Shown here one piece after another: positions 39,213 through 48,457 of a DNA stretch of 53,017 nucleotides. This DNA is from Trichomonas gallinae (Eukaryota). The stretch lies in contig MRSU01001383.1 in assembly GCA_008369845.1 (NCBI GenBank), forward strand, positions 1 through 53,017, in the 5' to 3' direction. The number at the start of each line of letters is the position of its first letter. The stretch's first letter is position 1. Both the position numbers and the translations under genes were made by a program. The notes beneath the pieces were generated by a model, which worked only from the letters and a program-made list of their open reading frames with translations, was not told the origin of the DNA and ran no database searches.

Positions 39213-40658
39213 TTACAAGATATAGTTTTCACCAAGGTATTCAATAAATCTATCAACATCTTCCTCAGTTGATGCCCATCCGAGAGAAGCGCGGACGGCA
39301 CCGAGAGGTGTGCCATTGATGACATCAAATTTATCGCCGCATGTTGTCTTCTTGTCGAAGTAAGACTTGACGACAGACTCAGCAATTCCAGTGGCGTTGA
39401 AGCACGCGCCAGGATTGCAGTGGCAGCCGCCGCGCAGATGGAAGTACTCTTTTGACGCTGCTTCAACGACAGAAGCGTAGCCGTACGGCTGTCCATCGTG
39501 TCTGATGAGGTTGAACGCAACAATGCCGCCTTGTTGTGAAGGATCGTCCAAATAGTGGTTTCCGTAGATTTTTGCGTTATATTTTGCAAGGCCTTCGTAA
39601 AGTCGTTTTGTTAGCGTCCAAACGTGCTTCTGGATATTTTCCATGCCAATATCTGATAAGAATTTGATGCCTAAGCGGAGAGCAAAAACGTTTTCTGGAA
39701 TCGCGATATCATCTTCAAGACCTTGTGGGAAATCTTTAATCTTATACTCGCTATTTATATTAATAGTGGCGGAATAAGTTGTGAAATAGCTCTTCTTAAG
39801 AACTTTCATGAAATCATTTCTGATTACTAAAGCTCCATAGTTTGGAAAGCCAAAAATCTTGTAGAATGACATATCTACGGCGTGGAATGGATACTCTGTT
39901 AGATTTAATGGATTTGTTGGTAAATACGCAGCTGCATCTGCAATAATCGCATAATTTCCGTTGATATGTGTAATTTCATGCATTATCTCCTTCGTTGGCT
40001 TAGTTCCTGCGAAGTTATCTTCAAGTGGCATCGCGAGAAGATGTAGAAGTGGGCCGGGCTTTGTCATATTGCGTGCAATGTTCAACAAACTCTGATAGCT
40101 TCTTGTTGCATTAAATTCTGCACCATGTGCAATTGCATATCTGCGAATTCCTAAAACTGAATTATGATTGTAACGAGTGTAATAGAATTTAGACTTCTTT
40201 GTCCATGGGAAGTTTTCACCAACTAACTTAAGAGCTTGAGTTGCGCTGGCTAAAAAGATCACCGAGTAATTTTCTTCTGTTGTTCCTAAAAATTTAAGCA
40301 GTTCTTTTCTTGCGCTGTTCACAATATCATCAGCCTGAGTGTCGTTGGAATTGGAGTAATGGTTAAATGGGAAATAATTTGTAAATTGTTGACGATAAAT
40401 TTCGATTAACGAATCTGGATAAACGCCAGCGCCTGTATAGTCGAGATATGTGTTGTTGCTTAAGTGTGGCATATTTTGTTTTCTATAATTAGCCAGTTGT
40501 GCTGGATAATTCGAACTATCGAGAATAATTGGAGATTTTTGTGTTGGAAGTCCTTTTTTCGATGTAACGAAAATATTGGCGAAAACAGCAACTAAAAGGA
40601 CGAGGAAGCCAATATTTAGCCTCCTGATCCATAAAAATCTATCACTATTTTCGCTCAT
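39213..40658 (-). CDS. Molybdenum cofactor sulfurase-like PLP-dependent class-V enzyme (NifS-like domain only) with N-terminal TM anchor
   Basis: YLDYTGAG, NHNSVLGIR, DAAAY, SFYKIFGFP (PLP Lys), LRGGCHCNPG and GAVRASLG. No MOSC domain. Hydrophobic IGFLVLLVAVFANIFV near the N-terminus. Confidence 0.9.
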   Translation of the reverse strand: MSENSDRFLWIRRLNIGFLVLLVAVFANIFVTSKKGLPTQKSPIILDSSNYPAQLANYRKQNMPHLSNNTYLDYTGAGVYPDSLIEIYRQQFTNYFPFNHYSNSNDTQADDIVNSARKELLKFLGTTEENYSVIFLASATQALKLVGENFPWTKKSKFYYTRYNHNSVLGIRRYAIAHGAEFNATRSYQSLLNIARNMTKPGPLLHLLAMPLEDNFAGTKPTKEIMHEITHINGNYAIIADAAAYLPTNPLNLTEYPFHAVDMSFYKIFGFPNYGALVIRNDFMKVLKKSYFTTYSATININSEYKIKDFPQGLEDDIAIPENVFALRLGIKFLSDIGMENIQKHVWTLTKRLYEGLAKYNAKIYGNHYLDDPSQQGGIVAFNLIRHDGQPYGYASVVEAASKEYFHLRGGCHCNPGACFNATGIAESVVKSYFDKKTTCGDKFDVINGTPLGAVRASLGWASTEEDVDRFIEYLGENYIL

Positions 40659-40682
40659 GTATAATTTTTGTCAAAAAATATA

Positions 40683-40895
40683 ATTACATGACAAAAAACT
40701 CAATTTACACGTCAATATATATTTTACGTGACAAAATAATTAGATTTCATAGGTTTATTCATCAAAATTCTGTTTACATGTCAATAACGCTAATTGAAAT
40801 GCATTTACATGACAAATATCCGATTTACATTACAAAAATGATTGAAATTTTTCACTTTTATACGTTTATTAGTCAAGAAATGTTTTTACATGCCA
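40683..40895. promoter_or_regulatory. Phased TTTACRYGNCA array in the divergent MOCOS-like / ASF1 promoter
   Basis: Copies, some degenerate, at 40683, 40704, 40723, 40754, 40773, 40804, 40824, 40865 and 40885. Confidence 0.6.
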
Positions 40896-40914
40896 GAATT
40901 AGAATTCAGTTTCC

Positions 40915-41395
40915 ATGAGTATCAATATTGATAAAGTTACAATTTTAAACGAAAAGGCCAAGTTTTCTGATGTCATGCAAGTATAATTTACTTTCTAACA
41001 AACAGTTTGATATCCAGTTCGAATGTACAAAGCCAATTCCAACATTTATAAAATGGGAGGTTGTTTATATTGGAAGTGCTAAAGCACATGAATACGATCA
41101 GATCCTTACAACTGCGCACGTTGGTCCAATTGAAGTAGGAATGAACAGATTTATTTTGATTGCGGAACCACCCAAACTTGATAGCATTCCTTTTGAAGAA
41201 TTAGCACTTACAGTTGTTATGCTCAAAGCTTACTATGCTGAACAAGAATTCATTAGAATCAGCTATTATGTTCAAAATGATATCCCTCCGGATGCAACAG
41301 GAATCGATCAGCTTGATATTACTACGATCGAAAGAACGATTGACACTGAAAATGTCTCCGTTAGAAACAATCGTATCAGCTGGTCTAAAATGTAA
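40915..41395 (+). CDS. ASF1: Histone chaperone ASF1, two exons (40915-40980 and 41006-41395), 151 aa
   Basis: The spliced product MSINIDKVTILNEKAKFSDVMQ|FDIQFECTKPIPTFIKWEVVYIGSAKAHEYDQIL...VGPI...EQEFIRISYYVQN restores the ASF1 N-terminal strand (cf. VSVLNVAVLENPSPFHSPFRFEISFEC). Confidence 0.93.
40981..41005 (+). other. 25-nt spliceosomal intron GTATAATTTACTTTCTAACAAACAG
   Basis: GT...AG with a fused branch point/3' splice site TCTAACAAACAG (cf. trichomonad ACTAACACACAG). Removing it joins two frames at phase 0 into full-length ASF1. Confidence 0.9.
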
Positions 41396-41552
41396 CTGAT
41401 TCTTGCATGCACATTGCTATAAACAACTGCATTAAATGTTTTCTTGATAATTGATACATAAAAATATACTTAAAAGTAAAGTTTTATAGAGAAATTAAAT
41501 GTAAAAAACTTAGAAATGAATAAAAGAAAATGTTTAAGTTAAATGCGTTGAA

Positions 41553-42527
41553 TTACTCATGATTCCATTTCCAATATGTATCGTGGCGAGCTCCCATAAC
41601 ACCAACAATAATGTGTGAATCATTTTCGATATATTTAACGACTGTCTTCCAGATTCTGTCGATGTTGCGATATTTAGCGCGCAATTGGACCTTCATGTCG
41701 TAGATGTAAATTTGCTTATCAGCAGTTGCCAAAATCTTGTGCGCTAACTTAGCGAGATCGCGCGCAAGCTCCTTGTCTTTCTCATGCTGATGCTTCCAAA
41801 CCGTGTAAATGATTATGATCATGACAATAATTGTCATTGGGCCAACAATTTTTGGATTTGCTTCCATGGCGTTGATAATTTGACAAACATATGTCACTGA
41901 TGGTTTTGTTGATTTAAGAGTGCCATTTATGATTTGGATATTAAATTTACTGAATTCGTCGTACATCGAAGCATTAACATCTGGGAACAAAATTTGGAAA
42001 TTCTCAATAGTGAGTGGATCTTTGCGCTCGATGCAGTCACCATCACGTCGGGCAACAAATTTAGCTCCTCTATTTGCATATGCGAAAATCTTCTTATAGC
42101 GGGTTGGATAGCATCCAAGGTCAGATAAGTAAAATCCCTGCGGGCATTTTGCCTTGTATGCTGTACATTTGGCTGATTGCGGGCAAGGTCTGCAATCGGA
42201 TTTCCTTTTATTTGTGCAGTATGGTAAAGGCCTTGTAGCATAGTTAAATACCAAAAGCACAACTATTGATAAGCAGATTAAAATTAAATATCTTATCGTA
42301 GAGATTGAAAGGCTTGTTCGTTTCTTATATCTTGACTCTGTGAAAATAAGTTTAACTTGCTTCTGAATATCTTTGTTTGTTGGATCAAGACGATTTTGCA
42401 AAATTAATTTGAGCTCGTTCATGGTCGCTGATGCAAAGTACGGGACTTCCAGCTCCTTAAGCATTTGAATTAATTGATCACGAGTGTTTGAGTCTATATC
42501 ATCCCAGTTAGGGTGAAGATTACTCAT
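41553..42527 (-). CDS. HEH/LEM plus Man1-Src1 C-terminal (MSC) inner-nuclear-membrane protein (Src1/Heh1/LEM2-like)
   Basis: HEH-like TRDQLIQMLKELEVPYFASATMNELKLIL, a TM, lumenal CRPCPQSAKC...CPQGFYL, a second TM, and the winged-helix end IWKTVVKYIENDSHI...YWKW. Confidence 0.85.
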   Translation of the reverse strand: MSNLHPNWDDIDSNTRDQLIQMLKELEVPYFASATMNELKLILQNRLDPTNKDIQKQVKLIFTESRYKKRTSLSISTIRYLILICLSIVVLLVFNYATRPLPYCTNKRKSDCRPCPQSAKCTAYKAKCPQGFYLSDLGCYPTRYKKIFAYANRGAKFVARRDGDCIERKDPLTIENFQILFPDVNASMYDEFSKFNIQIINGTLKSTKPSVTYVCQIINAMEANPKIVGPMTIIVMIIIIYTVWKHQHEKDKELARDLAKLAHKILATADKQIYIYDMKVQLRAKYRNIDRIWKTVVKYIENDSHIIVGVMGARHDTYWKWNHE

Positions 42528-43281
42528 AAAAAATAAAAAATGACAAATACATTTTTGACAAATAAAATATTTACATCGACATAATATGATATTTTGGTTC
42601 TAATAAGAACGAAAACAAGAATTTCATTGCAGATTTGACAATTAGAGAAGACAACAAACCATAGTGAATACATTTGAGCTATATTCCTTATATATATATT
42701 TCGTCAAAAAAATTATCTTCAATAAATCTAATATTTATCAATTTATCATGCAATTCAATAGATTAATAAACTGTATAAAGTATAGAACATATAACCATGC
42801 TTTTAAAACAATATATTCCATACAGAAATGTAATGCGAGATTTTTTGACTCGATATCAGCTTTAGAGAAAAGAATTTTTAGTCCATAAGATGTATATAAG
42901 TGACTTGATTCATTTTAAATGTTGCAATCATTCTTTCTTGAATTTTATGAAGATCTACCTTCAAAATAGCTATTACATCAACCAGAACTATACAATTGTC
43001 CTAAGGAGTGGCTCTCTTTTCCAAACTCACCATAACTCATGGCATCATTTTTCTTGATAAAATCATTGTTTGGTTTGCTAGAATTGAAGCTTTTTTATGA
43101 ATGTAATTTTAATGGACAGAAATATTATAATTTATCTCGAGAATTGTTAAAACGCAATAAGAAACAAATTCGATGAACAATACAATTGCAAACAAGTAAA
43201 CATATATATAGTATAATACGTAATATATAAGCAATGAAGCTTGTTTTTGGTATATTTTAATATTATAATTTTTTTTGTACA

Positions 43282-44289
43282 TTAGCTGTAGGTATTGAAT
43301 GTTGTTGTCTGATTTATCTTATCTAATGCTTCTTCTAAAGTGATTTTCGTTGTAGAATTATCCTCATCTGTGTAATACGGATATTGCATATCTCCACCGT
43401 CGCAAAACTCTTGGTTTCCATTGTTAACGAGTTGTATGAGTATATTTTCTGGGAATTTCTTCTTCAATCTATGCATTTCTGTTATAGCCTCCAAATTCGC
43501 ATTTCCGCCATGCCAAACAGCGACAGTCTGTGGTCTGCTCTTCAAATCCACCTTTCTACACTTTGGAAAACTATGGTTTTCATCTCCGAGAGCAATTTTG
43601 TAGGAGTCTGCTGTAATTGCCTGCGATACGAATGAAACAGTATGTAAATCAGATGGATCTAAAAAGAAATTGAAAAATCTTCCCCAGTAGAAATCATCAC
43701 CATATGAGTGCTCGCTGTAATCGAACTTGTGGATCAGTTTAAGCATTGCAACAACAGCAGCATTCGAAAATAGGTAACCAGCTCCTCCATGCAAATAAAA
43801 CACTGAGCGCTGTCCTTTTACAACGACGTGCTTATATGGATCATAGTGCTTTTCTAAGTGATCTAAGTATTTTTGCAATTCGAAAAGATCAATACCTACG
43901 TCATCTGTTGTTCTAAGAAACCATTTGTTTTTCCTGCTTTTATTAAACTCTTCAAGCATATCTAAACACATTGGAAATAATACAAAAAATCTACCATGAT
44001 TATAATTTGTTGAATTCATTAAATGATAGTATGGCTCACCTTTGTATTTACTTTTATCTGTATTACACATAATGTAATATGATGAATTTGGATAATAATT
44101 TGGAATAAGTTTTCCGTAATTATTATAAGACGTTGCTAGTCGAGTTTTGTTATGCATTGAATACATTATTGTTCCTATTGTTATATTTAAATCATTGTAC
44201 GGAAATGAAAGCGAATTTTGATGAGGAATATTTTTTTTTTTTTGTAGAATTAGAGATATAATGAAAAAGGAGAGAAACATGAATACCAT
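43282..44289 (-). CDS. GT31 / Fringe-like glycosyltransferase, type II membrane protein
   Basis: KWFLRTTDDV, YLHGGAGYLFSNAAV, GDDFYWG and an N-terminal TM. The start is uncertain: ATG 44289 follows an Inr-like TCATT, and 44316 is an alternative. Confidence 0.85.
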   Translation of the reverse strand: MVFMFLSFFIISLILQKKKNIPHQNSLSFPYNDLNITIGTIMYSMHNKTRLATSYNNYGKLIPNYYPNSSYYIMCNTDKSKYKGEPYYHLMNSTNYNHGRFFVLFPMCLDMLEEFNKSRKNKWFLRTTDDVGIDLFELQKYLDHLEKHYDPYKHVVVKGQRSVFYLHGGAGYLFSNAAVVAMLKLIHKFDYSEHSYGDDFYWGRFFNFFLDPSDLHTVSFVSQAITADSYKIALGDENHSFPKCRKVDLKSRPQTVAVWHGGNANLEAITEMHRLKKKFPENILIQLVNNGNQEFCDGGDMQYPYYTDEDNSTTKITLEEALDKINQTTTFNTYS

Positions 44290-44413
44290 ATCCACCAATT
44301 TAATGAGATACAACATTGTATGGCGATCTGTGATAATGATATCATTCATTCCTGACAATCTTCTTTTTTTCTGAATGTGTGAAATTAAATTCAAGGAAAA
44401 ATAAGGCTTAAGA

Positions 44414-44455
44414 ATATGTCTGATGTCTGAGCTTATATATCTGATGTCTGAGCTT
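44414..44455. repeat. 21-bp tandem duplication ATAT(G/A)TCTGATGTCTGAGCTT x2
   Basis: 44414-44434 and 44435-44455 differ at one base. Confidence 0.9.
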
Positions 44456-45140
44456 GATAAGATGCGTTCAAAATTAGAGTAACAGGGTTCTCAAATTATT
44501 TGAGAGGCGTTCAATTTCCGACGGTTTTAAAATAATATCTAAATATGTTATTGATTAATATACAATAGATTTTGACTTTGATTTCAATTTATTTCGAAAA
44601 AATTGAGAAAAAGCGAGAAGATGTGAGAATGGATAGTTCCTAAATGTATTCAAGATGCTAGTTTTGCATTTCAATCCATCCAAGGGCAGCTTAATTTGCT
44701 TTGTCAGATATGGGAATAGCATCTATTACAGATATTTTAAAGGGCTATTCCACATCACCTTCCGCTCGATCGTTAAATTAATTCATTTTGTTTTCTCATA
44801 AAAAGTGAGAATAAGCACACTATCTCTTTTCATCTTGCATTCCAAAATTCAAACAATGAATCAATATGAAAAGTCATTCTTAGGGTGCACCCACATGAAT
44901 GGAAGTGAGTATATTCAATGGTGCAAATTTAGTTTTTTCATAATTAACAAAATTTAAGTTTTAAAGTTACAACATGTAAACGATTCATTCATGTTGCAAT
45001 ATGACGGTATATGTTATTTCAGACTTCCCAAATGCTTATTTATATAGAATTAAATTTAGATTAAATATAATTAACGTAAAAATGTTCAGTGAGTTAATAT
45101 AATTAATATGAACTCTAAAATACCTTTATTTATAATGAAA

Positions 45141-45527
45141 TTATTCTTCTTTCTTTGAATGCTTCTTCATCTCTTTCTGTAATTCTTTGTTCTTTATACT
45201 CTCTATGCGCTTCTTCTTGTTTTCAAGGCGCTGCTGACGCTTTTCAACTTTTCTCTGTTCGGCTAAAAGCTTCTTCCTGCCTCTCTCAGCATCTTTCTTC
45301 AGACTGACTTCGTTTTTCTGTACATTCTTCTGATAAGCTTGCGATGCAATTGCAATGAGCATATTTTTATCTGCGTATGACTTTTCTTCCTTTGTTGTTC
45401 CGACGCGAAGATTCTTTTTGTGTTTCTTTGGCTTTTCAACTGGCTTCTCTTCCTTCACTTCTTCTTCCTGTTCATCCTGAACCTCTTCTGCCTGTTCTTC
45501 TTGAACGTTCTCTTGATCTTCAGACAT
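45141..45527 (-). CDS. Small highly charged hypothetical protein (acidic N-terminus, basic C-terminus)
   Basis: 128-aa ATG-started ORF with host-like codons and K/E/Q-rich helices. Confidence 0.85.
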   Translation of the reverse strand: MSEDQENVQEEQAEEVQDEQEEEVKEEKPVEKPKKHKKNLRVGTTKEEKSYADKNMLIAIASQAYQKNVQKNEVSLKKDAERGRKKLLAEQRKVEKRQQRLENKKKRIESIKNKELQKEMKKHSKKEE

Positions 45528-46077
45528 CGAAATTTTTTTTTGTAAAAATTTTTAGAGTACAAAAAAATAATTTTGCTCCAAAATCTCACAAACTAATTGA
45601 CTATCACCAAAAATAATTATGAGATTAATCATTATTCATTATAATGGATCATATATACAAAGAAAAACCAATATAAAATATTTTGACAAAATATCAAATT
45701 TAAGAATTTATATGTCAAAAATAAAGATTTTTGTTAATTTTGCTCTATTTTCCAAATCTTTGTTTGAATACCTTAAATATGTCTATATACACTCTTTACT
45801 ATGCTCGAATCTCTATCATTATATTTAGTTATTGAAGATATTCCATCATTATTTTAACAAGGTGTTAGGATCTTAGTTTCACATGATGTATTGTCATATT
45901 CTTTGCATATAATGTCAAAATTATATCCCTTTTAGTACCACTAATCATGATTAGTATTGATGCGTTATCTGTGCACGAAAATTTGGCATTAATTATTTTA
46001 TCTGGAAGATAAACATGGAAAATTTAAATAGTATCATAACAATTATAAAGTAAAATTATTAATAAGGTAAGGATAAA

Positions 46078-46770
46078 CTAACTATTATCCATGACAGGCA
46101 AATCATCTAAGTTAACAGAATTAAGATTATTCAGTTCAACGTAGAGTGGGCGTGTGAATCTCCCATAAGATGCCATTATTGTACCAATAATGAATGTAAC
46201 AAACATGAGTATTAATATATATCCTAATCTTTGATAAAACGCTGCCTTGAGAGCTAGATTCGCTTCTTCTTCAGTATTATCATCCAAAGAAACATTTCTG
46301 GGCAAATAGCACTGCTGACGGTATTCATTCCATTTGCATGGCCTTCTACAGTGATCAATATCTTTTGCAGAAGCGCAAATTGAACGGCTACAAGTCCATC
46401 GATTAAAAATCCAATCTTCAGACTTACAATTATATTCAAAAGCGTGCTGATCTGTACCTTCAAGACATATACCCAATGATTGACACCATCCGCATTTACC
46501 TAAATTTGAAGTTGAAACGCATTTCGAACAAGCATCGTCTGAAAATGTATTAAAACAGCTGCCGAGTTCTTTTGTTGCTGTCAGTATCATTTGGCCGTGA
46601 TCTTTACATGCTGAAACTTCGTATGACAAAGAATCAACTGCATAACACTTTGCAGTTTCGAGACAGTACCCACACCCATATATAGATAGGCATGCGTCTG
46701 CATCGAAGGAAAATAGAGGGCAAATCGAGCTAGATTTGGCTCCGTTTATAAAAAAGAAAACGAAATTCAT
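46078..46770 (-). CDS. PSI (plexin-repeat) Cys-rich single-pass membrane protein
   Basis: Short hydrophobic N-terminus, ACLSIYGCGYCLETAKC and CSKCVSTSNLGKCGWCQSLGICLEG (PSI), and a C-terminal TM LGYILILMFVTFIIGTIM. Confidence 0.85.
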   Translation of the reverse strand: MNFVFFFINGAKSSSICPLFSFDADACLSIYGCGYCLETAKCYAVDSLSYEVSACKDHGQMILTATKELGSCFNTFSDDACSKCVSTSNLGKCGWCQSLGICLEGTDQHAFEYNCKSEDWIFNRWTCSRSICASAKDIDHCRRPCKWNEYRQQCYLPRNVSLDDNTEEEANLALKAAFYQRLGYILILMFVTFIIGTIMASYGRFTRPLYVELNNLNSVNLDDLPVMDNS

Positions 46771-47240
46771 AAAATTTGTCAGGAATTTGACAAAATCTCG
46801 AAATCATAACATTTTCTGTCTAAAATCTGTTTATAGTATGATAGCCTTCTTCTGCTTTAGTGCATTAATGATGTGGAAGCGCCTACACCTCGAGCTTGCT
46901 TTAATTCACTAGAAATGTTAATTTTGTTTTTCTTGTTCTTATATGTGAACCTTATGTTATGATTTAAAATCACTGCTATAACATATATCAATGACAACAC
47001 TTCAAGATTGTAAAATACTGGATGCTGATCCCGTTAGGCGAAATTCTTCGATGTAGTTTTATTATTTCATTTTTTGAAGCGAACATTAATGCTGTTTAAT
47101 TATTTATAAATTTCGTAATTTAATAAATCTGATGATCTGAATAGAATTATCATAAAAATAACCTTTATCTGAAGCTATTGTCAAAGATGTGGTTGATAAT
47201 GAAGGTCATGATGAAATATTTAGCGATGAGAAATTATAGG

Positions 47241-47281
47241 ACTTTACATGCCAGATTTGAAAGATATCTGACATGTAAAGT
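47241..47281. repeat. 16-bp inverted repeat (1 mismatch, 9-nt spacer) built from the TTTACATGNCA motif
   Basis: ACTTTACATGCCAGAT (47241-47256) and ATCTGACATGTAAAGT (47266-47281). Confidence 0.8.
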
Positions 47282-48457
47282 AAAATATAAATCTCTATGG
47301 TTGCAGGAGATGAGTTCTTTGATCAATATAAATTTCATTGTGTTTAGTTTCAAATTATGACGACTTAGAGCAATTTCATACAGGATGCTGATTTTTCAAA
47401 TTATCAACAGAGAATTGAGCTAAAAATAGATTGCCAAGAATCATATATAGTCATAATGTGCCATTTAATGATCTAAATATGTGATTTTGTTGAAAAATAT
47501 GAAGAATATAGAACTGTGATGGTTGTTGGATGCTATCTTTGAAATATTATGATAGCTGGAATCATACAATAAAGTATTTTATTATCACGATCATTCTATT
47601 AAAAGTGAAAGCCGAATTTAACTGTGAAATTTGTAGATCAGAATTTCGAAAATCAAAACTATTGAAATACACTATGTACAGCTTATTTTTAATCGTGATG
47701 AAGTTTCAAATCATAAGAAATGTGAAGTGATATCATTACTGTCATTTTTCGGTTTGTGGTTTCAACAATGTAATACAATATCTCTATAAGCAAATAATGC
47801 AAATCTTATTTTATAAAAATTTTTATCGTAATCCGCTAAAGATTCATCAGATTACCCCAAAATCATTAAATAACTGTCAGTTATTTGGTCAAGTGACCTC
47901 ATTTGTAATTTATTTCAAATGTTGTGATAGCAGAAAAAATTGAAGAGTTATCTGATTGTTACTGTATACTACTTCAATGTTTATTTTTACTCCATTTTGA
48001 TTTGATCGCGTTTTTCCCATCCATTTTTCTATGATATATAACAAAGAACCATTAATATTGCTTGAATCCTCTTGTTCGCAATTTTACATTGAAAATCAAT
48101 TTTTGTGGGAAAAATAATCGTCGTATATGATTCATAGTAAACCCAAGAAATAATATCCAAAATTCGATTTATTGCTTGCTTTATGCATATTTATGTCATA
48201 CTAGCTATGTTTTGACCTTCGTTTTGATCTTTACATGGAAATCCAACATGTCTATTATCTGCTACGTTTACTATTGTGTTACAATATTATGACTTATTTT
48301 TATGTTTTTTGTCCTAAATTTTAATTATTTTTCCAAATCATTTGATTTCGTTCTGAAAAAAATCAAACGCTGCTGATTTTTCGTTTATATTCAGGTTGTG
48401 TATAAAGCAGGCACCAAATTCGCGTTTTTTTGTTTTTGTAAAAAACCGCAATTTTTA

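Noticed and set aside
40688..40918. 76-aa ORF over the motif array; similarly 4894-5091, 9180-9422, 42664-42888, 45619-45828, 47178-47360 and 47530-47730
   Set aside because: Their I/F/Y/N/K-rich composition is typical of chance ORFs in AT-rich intergenic DNA.
40970..41005. Track start MSCKYNLLSNKQ for ASF1
   Set aside because: It reads through the intron and lacks the conserved first beta-strand. The spliced model fits better.
42780..43100. Possible decayed coding sequence on the minus strand
   Set aside because: Two different frames look equally protein-like and no family motif is visible, so it cannot be told apart from chance.
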